Positions 26,779-39,910 of a stretch of 64,000 bases of DNA are shown in pieces. The notes beneath the pieces were generated by a model. It made no database searches and had not been told where the DNA came from. It saw only the letters and a program-made list of their open reading frames with translations. Source of the stretch: Lama glama (taxonomy: Eukaryota); contig CM052817.1 of the NCBI GenBank assembly GCA_028534125.1, forward strand, positions 65,660,001 to 65,724,000, given 5' to 3'. A program made the translations under genes and the position numbers. The number at the start of each line of letters is the position of its first letter. Within the stretch, counting starts at the first letter, position 1.

Positions 26779-27074
26779 GTGAGTAGGAAGCTGGGTCATG
26801 AATCATGGAGGAGAGAGGCTATACTAGGTACAAAAGAAACAAGCATCAGCTCCAGAAGAAAAGACTGGCAGGGAGGAGGTGTCTCGTTTGGATCTAGGAC
26901 CTGTGGGTGAACTGAGATTGCTACATGGAGAGAAAGTCAGATGGGAAAGCTACACCTGACCCTTTGAGAGATTCCTAGATGGGTTAAATTCATCTAGGAG
27001 GCACCACGGCAACTAGTGGGCGGGGCTATTTTCAGAACCTACTTGCTCTAGGTTTAGGAAGACTTCTAATACAC

Positions 27075-28130
27075 TCATTCATTTAGTTATCCTTTTACTC
27101 AGTCTGCCATTACCAGAGACCTAATACGAGCCAGCACTCTTGGTAAACAAGATAGAGATGGTGCCTGCCCTCCTAAAAATTACACATGAGCAAGACAGAT
27201 ACTAAACAAACAGTTGTAAATACAGTTGATCCTGGTTATTCAGATTCTATATTCGTGAATTCACCTACTTGCAAAAATGTGTTTCTGACTCCTAGATCAG
27301 TATCCACTGTGCTTCAGCAGTCATAGGTGGCTGTGTTCAGAGCTGTGAAAAATTAAAGTTGCCAGATGCACGAGTTCCCACCTGAGGCTGAATAAGAGTC
27401 ATTCTGCCTTCACATCTGAGTTCTCTCTCACACAGAGATGACCAGATAGCCATGACAGGGACAGCAGAGTGCACGGAGCTCTGACTCTGGGGCCAGTTGA
27501 CCAGCTTGAATCCCAACCTGGCACCTGTTGGGGAGCATCCCCAGGCAAGTCACTTAACACCTCTGAACCTCGTCTTCTCTCTTGTGAAATAAAGAAAGTA
27601 GAAACTACCAGGATGAGTTGTTTTTAGGATTTAAGGTTATAATCTATATGAGATATAGACACAGCAGTAGAAATAAATGTATAGATAAAGATATATGTGG
27701 ATATATTTCCCCAGGAGCAATGTTTCAGTATTTGATAATTAAGTGCTTGGGGGCACAACTATAGCAAATAATGATAATTGACTTAATCAGTTTTACTAAA
27801 ATGACAAATATAGGGTGTTATGGTGGGAATACGTAGTAAAACCTAATTTAATCAGGGAATCAAAGAATGTCACCATGAAGAAGTTAGTATCTGAAGCATG
27901 AACAAAATTATGGAAGCAAGGTTGTGTAAAAGAAATGCTCTAGAGAGAAGTGCAGAGAGAACGTGCTGCTATGACTGAACCAGAGAACAGTCTGAAGAAA
28001 GTAGAGGTGGGAAGAATGAGGCTCGTGGGCACAGGAAGTTAGTCCATTCAATTCCTGTGTGGGCCACTTGAAGAAATTTGGGATTTACCCTGAGCATATG
28101 GGAAGCAATTGATGAATTTTATGTGGAGCC
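27075..28130 (-). mobile_element. L2 fragment split by a Tigger insertion
   Basis: CATTCATTTAG...GAGCCAGCACT...AACAAGATAGAGATGGTGCCTGCCCTC before the Tigger; L2-like sequence resumes at about 27790 (GGCCACTTGAAGAAATTTGGGATTTACCCTGAG). Confidence 0.7.
27223..27784. mobile_element. Non-autonomous TcMar-Tigger element (Tigger6/Tigger8-like) with internal MIR-like segment
   Basis: TA|CAGTTGATCCTGGTTATT at left and AATAATGATAATTGACT|TA at right form degenerate TIRs with TA flanks; MIR core CAAGTCACTTAACACCTCTGAACCTC at about 27545. Confidence 0.8.
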
Positions 28131-28599
28131 TTAGCTTTTTATTACCCTTGCTGGCCAACACTAATTTAAAGATGTAAGACAGGTACGAATCAGGAGGACT
28201 GAGACTCCTTGTGAATTTAATGCCAAAATTGGTATCAAAAGCACATCTCAGATCAATCTGTGTAGTTTCTTACTCATATTTTAAGTCCCTTCCCTCAAGG
28301 AAACTAAAGAAATTACTGACTCTAGAATCAAACTGTAAGTAAGACCTCTCTAATAGTTTATTTAAAAAACAAAAGAGAAAATAAATTAAGAAACTTAATT
28401 TCAAGTGTTTTTAAAGATTATTTTTAAACTAGAGAGAGTAGTTGTCTTTCTCAAGTTTTAAATGTAACAAGATTTTATTTTTAAAAAAAATACAACTTCT
28501 AAAACTGTTTCCTAAACTATTCATCTTTGCCATAATCCAAGATTACATCTTGCTTCTTACCCACAACTTGGAAGTCTACTAAACACTTCCCCTAATTTA

Positions 28600-28880
28600 A
28601 ATACATTTTATTGAAGTAAAATATATCCAGTAAAAGTAATCCATTTTCAGTGGACAGTCTAATGAAATCCATAGCAATCAAAATTGAGAACATTTTTCAT
28701 CCTAGAAGAGTCCTCTGCTGGAACTTTTCAGTCCACTCTTTTTCCCTACCTTAGACCCAAGCTAACATTTATCTGCTTTCTAACACCATAGGCTTATTCT
28801 GTTAAGAATTCCATATAAAGGAAATCACAGAGTATTCAGTCTTTTGTGCCTGTTTCATTTTAGATATTACACGTTATTGA
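28600..28880 (-). mobile_element. L1MD/L1ME-type 3'UTR fragment
   Basis: TTTTATTGAAGTAAAATATAT...GAACATTTTTCATCCTAGAAGAGTCC...AGAATTCCATATAAAGGAAATCACAGAGTA. Confidence 0.75.
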
Positions 28881-28889
28881 GGTTTTATG

Positions 28890-29072
28890 GAGTAATTTTC
28901 AGTTTTTTTTCTCTGTGTGCTTTATTTTGGTTACTTTTCACTGTTATGTCTTCAAGTTCACCTATCTTTTTTTAATTTCAAATATTCTTTTTAATATTAT
29001 TTAGTGTATTTGTTATTTCAGATACTATATTTTTAATCTCTAATATTTTGGAGGGGTTTATATCTTGTAATG

Positions 29073-29119
<47 letters not shown>

Positions 29120-30040
29120 ATATGTATATATATATTTTTTTTTTACATCCTTGACTATAATTCTATGCTCTATACCAGTTCCTTTAAGATTTTTGTCAAT
29201 TTTATTATTTCTGCCATTTCTGTTTCTACTCTCTTTTTTTTTCTGGCAATAGGTCATATTGTCATGCTATTTGCATGGCTGGTAGTTTTCACTTGGGTTC
29301 CAGACACTGAATTTTATATTGTTGAGTCTTGGATTCTGTCAGGGATTCTCCCCCTTTCAGAAGTGCTGGATTATGTTCTAGCAAGTGTTAAACTGTTTGT
29401 GAAGCAGTTAAATCATTTTGAAACTTACTTTGTAAGCTTTGCTCCAACGAGCCTTTCCTTCTGGAGATATTTAGCCTCCTTACTAAAGTATGATCTTTTT
29501 GAGGACTGGATTTAATGCCCTGTATAGGATGAGGTCTCTACTCTTGCTGGTGGAAACACAAACTACTTCTGGTGTAAACTCAGAAGACTGTTCTGTTTAC
29601 TGCTTTCTGGTGTGCTTTCCTCCAGATCCTGGAGAGTCTTACCCAACACACATACAGGTAAGTGTAAAGGTTCCATGGGAGCTCTATGAAGATGCTGGGA
29701 ACTCTCTCTGTGAGCAGCTTACTCTTCTTCAATACTCTGCCCCACAAATTCTATCCACTTTGGTTTCTCTGAACTGTGATCTCTGTCTCTTCAATTCAGT
29801 AAGACCACTAGTCTCTGTGTCAAATAGCCATCCCTGCTCCTAGACCTGAACACTGCCTCCAGGGAGAAAGCTCATGCAATCATAGGACTCAATTAGTTTG
29901 TTTCTCCTCTCTGGATCTCCATCTAGATGGCCTGCTATGCAATCTCTGAAAATTCACGTTTCATAAATTTTATTGATTATTCTAGTTATTTATAGCAAGA
30001 AAGAAGGCAATTGTCATAGTAATTATTCATCTTTTCCAAG
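28890..30040 (-). mobile_element. Old L1 5'UTR/ORF1 N-terminal fragment
   Basis: TGTCTTCAAGTTCACCTATC (antisense ORF1 coiled-coil region), then L1M 5'UTR-like CCCACAAATTCTATCCACTTTGG...AACTGTGATCTCTGTCTCTTCAATTCAG. Confidence 0.7.
29076..29144. repeat. Compound (AT)n(TG)n(TA)n plus poly(T) microsatellite
   Basis: Directly visible. Confidence 0.95.
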
Positions 30041-30044
30041 TAAG

Positions 30045-32727
30045 AGAAAAAAGGATAAATATTTAATTATACTGTCTTTTGTATTTACCTACCTAATGAC
30101 CTTTACTTGTCCTCTTCGTTTTTTCGTATAGATTCACAGCACTGTTTTGTGTCACTAGCTTTCTTTCTGAAGCATCTTCTTTAATATTTCTTAAGGCAGG
30201 TCTGCTAGCAACAAATTCTCTCAGTTTTTGTTTACCTGAGAATGTCTATTTTGCCTTCATTTTTGAAAGATAGTTTTGCTAAATAAAATATTGTTGGTTG
30301 ACAGTTTTTACTTTCAGCACTTTGAGTACGCCACCCTACTGCTGTCTAGACTTCACTGTTCCTAACAAGAAGTCAGCCATTAATATTATTGGGGTTTCCT
30401 TATATGTGATGAGTTATTTTTTTCTTACTGTTTGCAAGATTTTTCTCTTGAAAGATCTTGAAAAGATTCTTGAAAAATCTTGAAACATTTTTAGCTTTCA
30501 ACATTTTTACTGTGACATATATGACTATGGATCTCTGAGTTTATTTTCGGGGGAAATTACTGCACTTCTTGGATGTATAAGTTAATATTTATCATCAAAT
30601 TTGGTAAGTTTTAGCCTTTTTTTTTTTCAAAAAAATTTCTGCTTCTCCTTTCTCTCCTCCTGATGCTTCAATTACACATATGTTGGTGCACTTAAAAGTG
30701 TCCCATAAATATTCATTTTTCTTCATTCTATTTCTCACATTGTGTAATCTCTGCTGCTCTTTCTTCAAGATCACTGAATCTCTCTTCTGTCACTTCAGGT
30801 GTATTGTTGAGGCCTTCTACTAGTTATTGTACTTTTCAATCCCAGAAATTCCACTTTGTTCTTTTTCCTAACTTCTCTTTATTGATATTTTCTATTTGAT
30901 AAAACATTATCATCATCATCTTATCATCCTTTAACTCTTTAAGCATGGGTTTTTTGTTTTTCTTTCTTTCTTTGTTTGTTTCTTTGACATAATTATCAGA
31001 GCTGCTTTAAAGTCTGTCTGCAAAGACAACCATCCAGGCCCCTTAAAAAGGACTTTCTATTGCTTTAATTTTTTTCTTATTTATTGGTCATACTTTCCTA
31101 GGGTTGTTTTGCATATATCATAATAATTTTTGTTGAAAATTATACATGTTAGAAAACATACTGTAACAAGTACAGGTACTGACTCCTCAAAACCTGGGCA
31201 TCCTTACTGTTTGCCTGATGGTTTATTTGTTTAGTGACTTGGCTCACCTAATTCTGAGAAGTTTATTTTGCCTGCAGTATGCAGTTTCTGATGTCCTTGC
31301 TCAGATATTTTTCCCCTTATATTAACTTTTTAGTCTGGCTATTTAGGAATAACCCCAGGTTGATTTAAGCCACTTACTGATAGAAAGGTTATGCTTAAGC
31401 CCTCTTAATAAGTTATATTTTTTACCCTTTACCATTGAATATGTGTGTAGCTTGGAGGCTGCCCTCATAGTTCAGAGATTTTATGGGTTTTGCCCCATGT
31501 TAGCTGAGGACTAGAAGATTAGAGGTTCTCTCCCTGGTCCTTTCTGAGAGGGTGCAGCCTTGGGCATGTACATAGTCTTCCAGATTTCCAGGGATAAAAG
31601 TAATTTTGTTTTTAAACCTGGCTTTCTAAAAGTTGCCCCTGGGTCAGAGTAGCCAATGGTTCAATTAACATTTACTCAAAGGTTCTGTATAAGCCCCTTG
31701 TTCCAGCGAGGCTTCTGCCCTGTGTTAATGGGTCTGTGTGCAGCACTGGGAATGCTTTCAAGTCTGCCCGACATCCTGCTCTGACTGCTCCTGAGTGGGT
31801 GTGGCCTAGCACGAGAGCACAGACTGTGATCATAGAACTCCTTTTAGCTGTCTCTTTTCCTGGTTCTTCTTTTAAATTGCTGGCTGTTCTGCCATTTCAC
31901 TTACATCAGAGAGTTACCAGCTTCCTCTTGACTGCTTCTGCCCAGATCTTCATTGTTTTCAACAACGTTCTTAGGCATGTGTTCTCCATTCTCTGTTCCA
32001 AATATACTCAGTCCCCTCAAGCACAGCTGCAGAGTTTCTGTCCTCAAGGCTTGCCTTTCTCACTGGGAAAGGCCTCTGTATACCACTGTACCAAACTTGT
32101 AGAGGGAGGCCCACTTTTCCCAGAGCAACACACTGTGGACACTGGGGAAATGGTAGCCTTTGGTCTTCTTAGCTTGGCCCTCCTATAGTGGAACTTCCAC
32201 TCTATGAGTAAAATGGAGTAGGGGGTGTTCGAGTGCCAGTGGTCACAGGTGCCAAGCCTGAAGTAGGCAGTTCACCCTAAGTGTGGGAGCAAGGCGGGAG
32301 AAGGGAGACCCAGTCCTCTCTGCTGCACCTACGTGGAATAAAGCTTCTGTAATATGAGGCTGAGGGGGAGAGGGATAAGAAAAGCTGGCAGTCTGCTCTT
32401 TCTCAAATGAAACTGTAGCTTAAGACTAGGAGCTGGGGAGACAAGGGGTCCCTGTCTTCCTGGCTGCACAGGTCCAAGGTAGAACCCCCATTACACAAAG
32501 CATTGGGGTGGGTAAGGGAGCAGGTTAGTTCTCAAATGCTACAGACTCTCACTGTTCTTACCAAGATCAAATAGATTTTCTTGAATGAAACTTTGTCCAT
32601 TTGCTATATGCCCTTAGGACAATTTATAGGGAATTTAAATGACTGCTTTTAAAAAAATAATAATTTTTAACAGTTATTTTGCTGGAGAGAGCTCCACTAC
32701 TCTCGTTACTCTTCTATTCCAAAAGTC
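30045..32727 (-). mobile_element. Old L1 (L1MC/MD-like) ORF1 plus long 5'UTR
   Basis: GCAGGTCTGCTAGCAACAAATTCTCTCAGTTTTTGTTTACCTGAGAATGTC...TTCATTTTTGAAAGATAGTTTTGCT is antisense ORF1 C-terminus; a GC-richer 5'UTR-like region follows at about 31200-32727. Confidence 0.8.
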
Positions 32728-33129
32728 TTGTTTAGATATACTTGTTTCTTTTTCAGAATTTGATCACTTTTCACCTGAAAAATTTTTAAGCTTATCCCAT
32801 TTAATTTTCTTGTCTTTCCAGGGCCTCAATCTTGCCAATTCTTCAGTTGGAAAACAAAACAATAAACTAAATTAATAGTCCCTTTGTTCCTTGCAATACC
32901 TTCATGTCACTGCTGCTACAGAAGCTTGAAATGAATTTCCCTCCCTATTTTTCCTCCATCCCTTCATTCACTTCCTCGTTACTTCCATCATTTTCACAGT
33001 TCTCTCTGTAATTTTATTTGTAGCTATTTCCTCTTCCCCATCAAAGATAAACCAGCTCTGTCCATCATCAGTTTTTTGTTGTTGTTGTTTAGGTGAAAAC
33101 TAATTTCTCCCTATGCAACAAAATAAGAT

Positions 33130-33790
33130 CAAAGAAGTTAATTCACATAAAGTATTTAGAAGAGTACCTGGCACATAGTAAGTAGACAAAATAGATAAAG
33201 TAGTTTTTATTTTTAATGAAAGGCTAAAACAGAGTCCTAGAAGGTTGGAAGTAGAAGTGGCTTCAGCATTCAGCTATTTCTGCTCTACATTTTATAGATG
33301 GGACATCTACAAAGAAACAAATGACTTATCCAAGACTTCAGATCAAATACATACATTATCTCATGTGTTTGAACCTGTGAAGATATTATCTCACTTACAA
33401 TGACCCTATGAAGTAGGTTGACTGGGTAACATTATAATGAGCATTTGTAAAACTGAGGCACACGGAAGTTAATGACTTGCCTAGGCTCATACCACTACGG
33501 AAGGACAGGACTGGGGCTAGAGGCAGATCTCCTGACGGACCAAAGGTACTGGATCACCTAACACGTTACTGAGTTTATTTTGGATTTTTTAAAATGCATT
33601 TTAACAATCCTTTACAATTTACTAAGTGTTTTCACATAATTTATGCCACTTGCTCTAACAAATGGTGGAGGAGGTAGGGCAACACGAACAAAGGAACGTC
33701 ACGGTCCTCTGAGAGATCAGGAGTCAGGGTGCACAGCTAGCAAGATGTAAAACCAAGACCCCACAACTCCTACCCCAAGGCCAGTGCCCC
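33130..33790. mobile_element. Cluster of MIR fragments
   Basis: TAAAGTATTTAGAAGAGTACCTGGCACATAGTAAG (+); AAACTGAGGCACACGGAAGTTAATGACTTGCCTAGGCTCA (-); further degenerate cores. Confidence 0.7.
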
Positions 33791-34599
33791 TGCCTCTCCA
33801 CCAGCCTGCCTCAGCACAGCTCTCCCAGGACAAACGTGCTATCTCCCTGTCACACAGCACCTTCTCACTTGACCATTAAAGCTCCAGTCAAGCAACTTCA
33901 TAAAATAAACTGTGCACATTAAGGAGGTTCAAGATTATAGAAGTTTACCATTTTTGTTCTAAGATTTTAAAATTTCACGAAGCAATTTCATGCTATTACT
34001 TCCATTTGTTTTCAGTTATTCTTGAGTTACCCAGATGGGTAGTTTAAAACTTGAGGCCTTTTCTGTTTGTTCTTCAATCCATTTGTCTTCTGGGTTCACA
34101 GTACATTTTTTACGAGCAAGATCCTACTCTTAAGACTTGTGTTCTTTTAGTAAAGAATATATTATACCCATACATGTTCATAAACTGTTATGAGCACTGG
34201 CCCACTCACTCATCTACCAATCTTATGCCAAATTCCTCAAACGTCAAAAAAACATAGCAATTTTTTAATAAAGGAAATAATTGCATCTCTATGAAATATT
34301 AAAAATCATATTTTATAAGTTTTCAGAAATTTTCCTTCAAAAAGTTGTAAAGGTAGAAGAAGTCATGTAATATTTTCTCATGGATTAAAATATATTAATG
34401 TTAATATTCTAGCAAAAGAAATAATCTTCCATCTTAATTATGGTTTTAAGTGCTGCTTATGTGTGCAGTAAAGACTGATTTTTCTCACATTAGGTCTTGC
34501 TCATTTGAATGTATTTTCTATGAATAAAAATAGCTGTCTTATAACATCTTCCTTTATGATATTTAGAACTTTTCTTAACTATTTAAAACATGGAAAGAA

Positions 34600-36270
34600 C
34601 TTTATTTCCTATTTGCTTATAAGAAGATTACATACTTCTAAAATATTTTTAAAATGTAGAAAAGAAAAATCTGAAATACCACGTTGATAGATAACCACAA
34701 TTAACATTTTAAAAACATGCTTCCAGATATTTCAGAGATATGCGTGTAATTTTCTATGTTATTTTGTAACTTACTTTTCATTCACCAGTACCTCTGCTGT
34801 CATTTCCGCATTAATAAATACAGGTACATAAAATCTTTTTTCTTGGTTTTTAAATTTGGGGTGGGGGTGAGGGCTTGGTTTACTTTTTACCACAAATGTA
34901 GAGTTTTAGTAATATATCTCTATATAAGGTACTCCGTATCGTTGGTAAATACAAGGTCCAGTCTTGGTTTATTTTGTTTTTTACCTTCACTTTCAATCCC
35001 TGGTTCCTTCTACTCCCCGTAGATATACACTACCTGTAATAAGTGTGATGCACATCCTTGAATATGTATGTATCCTTATACAACATCAATGCTGGTCTGT
35101 AGGTACATTTATATACCTATTTGTAGACATATGTATATATAATAGGTGAACACACATGTTAATCTATTGCATCAACAAATAACAGTACACACACACAAAC
35201 ACAAAGTACACTAACACCATTGAATGTGACAACTCACGCAGGCATACATCATTTGTCCATCATCCCCTTTCACATGTGTTTCTTTTTGATCCGTTTTGGC
35301 CACAGGCCAAAGTGCTTTTTGCATGGTTCTGACTCACCATCGTACAAAAGAAGCAAGCACAAGACAAAGAGTCAGAGGAATCTTTCTCTGGCACCTCTAT
35401 GTTTTGTTCAAAACCCAAAATTGTTTCCCCATTTGCAACTTGTGAAGATGTCGCTCTGTCCTTCTCCCTTTAACTTTCCTCCTCACCTTCTTTACACCTC
35501 TTTCCACAAGGCAATTTTTTTCTTAATTCAAAGTTAGGATCTGTATTTTACACGAGTATTTTTAATGTATTAGAAATTTAGCATGTCTGCTTTAAATGGT
35601 GCCAGTTTTTATTATGATTATTATTGCCTATGATAGAGCTCTTTTTATAAAACTGCAAAGCTTTGGAGTGGACTATCTCAATGCTATTTCTCCCATGAGT
35701 CCTGTTACTATTACTGCTTGAATATGCAGAAACGTTATTTATTTCAAGAGTACATGTATTTTATTTCTCTAGGGATGGGCCCCTATATTGCCTTCAGTCT
35801 ATACTGGCTCACATGTCCCTTGAGGATCTGTGGTATTCATAGGAGTGAAATTGCTGGGTAAGAAGTTATATGAATATACAATTTAACTATACACTTGGAC
35901 AGATTTCTCTTCAGAATCACTGTACCAATTTGTGTTTCCACCAATGTCTTCCCCATATCATGGTTTTTAATTGCTAAATAATATTCTATCTTATAGAAGG
36001 AAGTATTATAATTCACTTCACCATTCCTCTACTTTTGGACTTCTGTGTTATTTCTACTTTGTGATTTATTACATTAAAATTCATATATATATATATATAT
36101 CCTTCTGTATAAATCTTTGTCCAATGTTTTGACTACTTTTTTGAAGATAATCTCCTAAAAATGTAGAAATAGTAGAAGATAAAATAATAGGCATAAAACG
36201 CTTTTGATGCATATCGCCAAACTGCTTTCCAGAAAGCTTTTATCAATTACAGTTCCCTTCAGAAATCCTT
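34600..36270 (-). mobile_element. Patchy L1ME-type fragments
   Basis: AGGAGTGAAATTGCTGGGTAAGAAG...TGTACCAATTTG; CTTTTGATGCATATCGCCAAACTGCTTTCCAGAAAG. Confidence 0.6.
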
Positions 36271-37163
36271 CATGTGTTTGTTCATTCATAAAATATTTAT
36301 TAAGTGCCTAGTATTTTTCAGGTACTCTTCAGGCCAATGGATTTAGACAAAGAGTGAATCTCCATTCCTTGGTAGGGGGAGGGCTTATGGAGGAGGGAGG
36401 ACGCTAAGGAAGGAGATGACCTTAGTTTGGAACTAGCTTCAGGCTGTTCCCAGAGGAAGCTCTGCTATACAAATTACAACGCAGACATAGTACCTCTCAG
36501 CCTTGAGGCAGGAGGTTAGGCCATATGCAATCCCTGTCGGCTGAGGTGGAGGATGGGGAGTGGGACGCTGCACAAAGAGCCCCTCTTTGAGTCAAAAACA
36601 ATCCTCCATCAGTGGGGCAGCTGGGCTTTGTTAGGCGCCACCACTCACACAGATGGAGGGTGGAGGCAGCTACCTGTGATGGGGACCTGGGCAGGGGGTT
36701 CTACTTTTCTATGAATAAGAACTTGACAAAGACTAAAACCTCAATTTTCTTTTTCAAAACTCTTGAGACCCTCCCTTCCAACATGAAGGAGGCTCTACAG
36801 ACTCAATTTTCATTTTGTAATCTTATTTAACTTCTAACAAATAAGAACATCACCATGGTAGGGTGTACCCAAGCCACCCCCACAGCTGACTCTCAGTACT
36901 ATGACCCACAGTGAAAATCTGAAACTACCAGAAGAAAATTTAGAAGTCCATCTACTCCATCCCATTCTTTCAGGGTAGATGATACTCACCTCATCTAGGT
37001 GAAGAGGAATTTGTATCTCTCATACATGTTCAGGCCAAAAGTTAGTGTTATTTCCACAGATGTGCTCAGTAAATGAAGATGGGAAATAACATCTCTCCAT
37101 ATCCAGGTAAGAAAAGAAGAGTGAGACTCTGCTGGGTGCATGGGCAGAAGGCAGCATCACAAC

Positions 37164-37285
37164 TAGAGTGACCAACCATTTGGGTTTGCCCAGAACTGAA
37201 ACATTTCCCCGGACAGGACACAGGACTTCCTTCCAGTGTTAAAACTGGCATCATCCCAGGCAAATCAGAATAAGTATCCATAAGG
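37164..37285. mobile_element. MER81-like hAT-Blackjack MITE
   Basis: TAGAGTGACCAACCATTTGGGTTTGCCCAGAACTG...CAGGACTT...CAGTGTTAAAACTGG...CCCAGGCAAA follows the MER81 layout as recalled. Confidence 0.75.
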
Positions 37286-38235
37286 TCCAACAACAAATTC
37301 AAATGTTACTGGTATTTATTGTTACAAACTGTAATTTTTCCACTTTCTTCTCCAACAGAGTTTGTGATATTCTCTGAGTTTACTATAGCTGTGCAGTTTA
37401 TGAAGTCAAAAGAAATTTACCCCAAATTTCATAGTTCTCACATTAATAGCTGCAGATTTACTCTTAACCAAGAATCTCTATTTTTTTTAAATTTTCAGAG
37501 CTACAAATATTGCCAAATGGTAGAAGAATTCAAAAGTAAAAACAAGACCAAGAGGTACAAATAACTTAAAATTTGGAGGTTTCATTTTAAGTAAATGAGA
37601 GCTGGTCAAAGAGCTACTTTAGTTTCCAGGCTTTTCAAATCTACATTCTCAGAGTACAGACAGATTTTACAAAAGGATCTCCATCCATCCCCAACTCAAA
37701 TGTCGATGTCCAGCCGCTTCATTTGTCCATCTCCTTCACCACACTGATTGCTAAAATATTACGCACAGGAAAATTGTGAGTGGAGAAAAAGCTAGAAAGA
37801 GGATAGCAAGGAGAACAGAAACTGGATCAGAGACACAAGCTGAACAAGTTGAGGTGGGCCAGCAGAAACATCCTTAGGAAGAAAAGTGCCAAACAATGAG
37901 TTTTCAGTTCACATTTCTCACAGTAAGATTTTCTATCTCCACCTTCAGTGAAGTCTTTTCTACATGCAAGTGTTGTATAGGTTACATCTTAAGGAATCTA
38001 AGAAGCAGGGTTTTGTTCTACTTCAAGGTTGACAGAGTCTGACAGAAGGACAACAGAAATAGCATTAAAAAAACTGTCCCTACAACTGAAGTAGTCCAGT
38101 GGGCATCAACGCTCAGAGCCAGAGATAACCATGAGAACAATTCAAAGACGCCTTTGGAAGTTAGTTTCTACAATCTACAAAGTGGAGGTTCAAAACACCC
38201 TTACTTGAATATTAAGAGGAAACGTAGTGTGTTAG

Positions 38236-38270
38236 CTGACATCTGGATAACATCTGACATCTGGATAACA
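38236..38270. repeat. Direct duplication of CTGACATCTGGATAACA (18-bp period)
   Basis: Identical copies at 38236-38252 and 38254-38270. Confidence 0.9.
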
Positions 38271-39713
38271 ATTGTAAGCTTTATGACCCTCTAACACCCA
38301 GGTGTAGTTTATCGTAAGTGCCATATCCATTCTGCCCAGGCTTAACCACATCTGCAGAAACCAGTTTTTGTTGCAACCAGGATAGCAGGTGAGACCATCT
38401 CTGCAAGTCTTTCTCCCTCTGCTGCCCCGTGGTAACCTGCTACTTCATTTTGTATCGATCACATCTTCCCACTACTTGATACCTACATCTATATTTTCAA
38501 GAACCAGGAAGACAGAATAAATTTAGTAAGGGAAAAGTTCTGCTACAAAATCTGCTGTGAAATAGAACCTCTTTGTTGATGGGCTTAGCCACCTTCCACA
38601 AATTGAGTGACTGCTCTGAGAAAATATGCAGCATGTAAACCTACCAGGAATGTTGTCAATGTGTTCTTCCCTGATAGCTCAAGGACAGAAGGTTGGCAAT
38701 TCATTTTGGGGGACTCACAAAAATTATAGATGGGGAAAGGTTACTTGATATGGGAATCTTATCAGGTTGTAGGTTATGTAGGTTGTTCCCAACAGCAGAG
38801 GAAATGACTCTTATACTTGCAAATGAGGGGCTTTATCATTTGCTTCACTGGGCCACTGCAAAAACTCCCTTGGAGCTTTTCACCAAGGCATATCTGTGCC
38901 TGTGCATCCTTCTGGAAATATTTATGAGGTAGAAAAGTTGAAATCAGCTTTGGCATTAATATCAATCTTGACTGTCTTCCAAGACCAAAGTTGATTTATT
39001 TTTCTCGGAGAATACCATGAGAATGTAATTGATAGCTGCTATTAGGTCACCTGCTCCAGCCTCAGGGGACGGCTCATTGCAGCGTGCTTATTTGTTTTTC
39101 CTCTTATGTTATCAGAATATTGCAAAGAATCATGCTTCCACAACCTTCTAAGGAGAATTCATGGAAATGTATGTAAAGAAAGCTTCTCTAACAGTCTAAC
39201 TTTCTGTTATTAATTGTGACTAAAATAATTTTTCCTTATTCTTTTTCAAATCTGTCATATCCACCTAAGTCTGCAGATTTTCCTTCTTTTGGACATTAAA
39301 TGTCCTCCGAAAAGAAAACAAGCAAAAAGTATACACCAGATTAATTATTTGGTATCGAGATGCCCATCACCAGCTCTAGAGATACATAAAGCTTTAAATG
39401 GAGAAGGCCACTCCTTCTCTTCCTCATTAATAGCCTTCTCTGATGTAAAATGAAAATAGGACTGTTTCCTTTCCAGAAGTTATGATCTTCTCTATTTTAT
39501 GAAAATATTCTAGAAGCCAGACTTTCAAACTTCTTAATGTTTGTAATATTTCCAATCTAAATGACTGTCCGTCTATATCTGGACATCCTATTCCCAGATA
39601 CTAGGAAGCACCAGGAGGAAAAAAGAACTATTTTTATTAAGTAGCACCAACTTTCAGAGGCTTGACAAACTGATAGTTTGAGATTAAGGTGCCAGGGCCT
39701 TAAAGGGAAAGAG

Positions 39714-39910
39714 TCATTTATTCATTAACAAAGCTTTAATCAAGGGCCTGCTATGGGTCAGGTACTGCACTGAACACCGGGGAGAGAGAAATGAACAAGA
39801 TACAGGAGACCATGGAAACACACGGCCTGTAACGCTGTTAACAGCTGCCACTGCAGTGCAGTGAGCACAAAAGGAGGGTATCCATTCTGACTTGGGGTTT
39901 GGGATCAGAA
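39714..39910 (-). mobile_element. L2 3'-end fragment
   Basis: TCATTTATTCATTAACAAA...GCCTGCTATGGGTCAGGTACTG...GGGGAGAGAGAAATGAACAAGA. Confidence 0.75.

Noticed and set aside
29048..29515. 155-aa hydrophobic ORF, the longest in the track
   Set aside because: Runs through an (AT)n(TG)n microsatellite and T-rich antisense L1; hydrophobicity is compositional.
30446..30486. Four TCTTGAAA units resembling a regular array
   Set aside because: Slippage repeat within L1 ORF1; no spacer structure, not CRISPR-like.
31736..32188. 150-aa ORF
   Set aside because: Lies antisense within an L1 5'UTR-like region; no recognisable domain.
37696..38913. Several short minus-strand acceptor-to-stop segments (NQCGEGDGQMKRLDIDI*, YQVVGRCDRYKMK*, RMHRHRYALVKSSKGVFAVAQ*) suggesting alternative last exons
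   Set aside because: No recognisable protein and no upstream shared exon; expected by chance.
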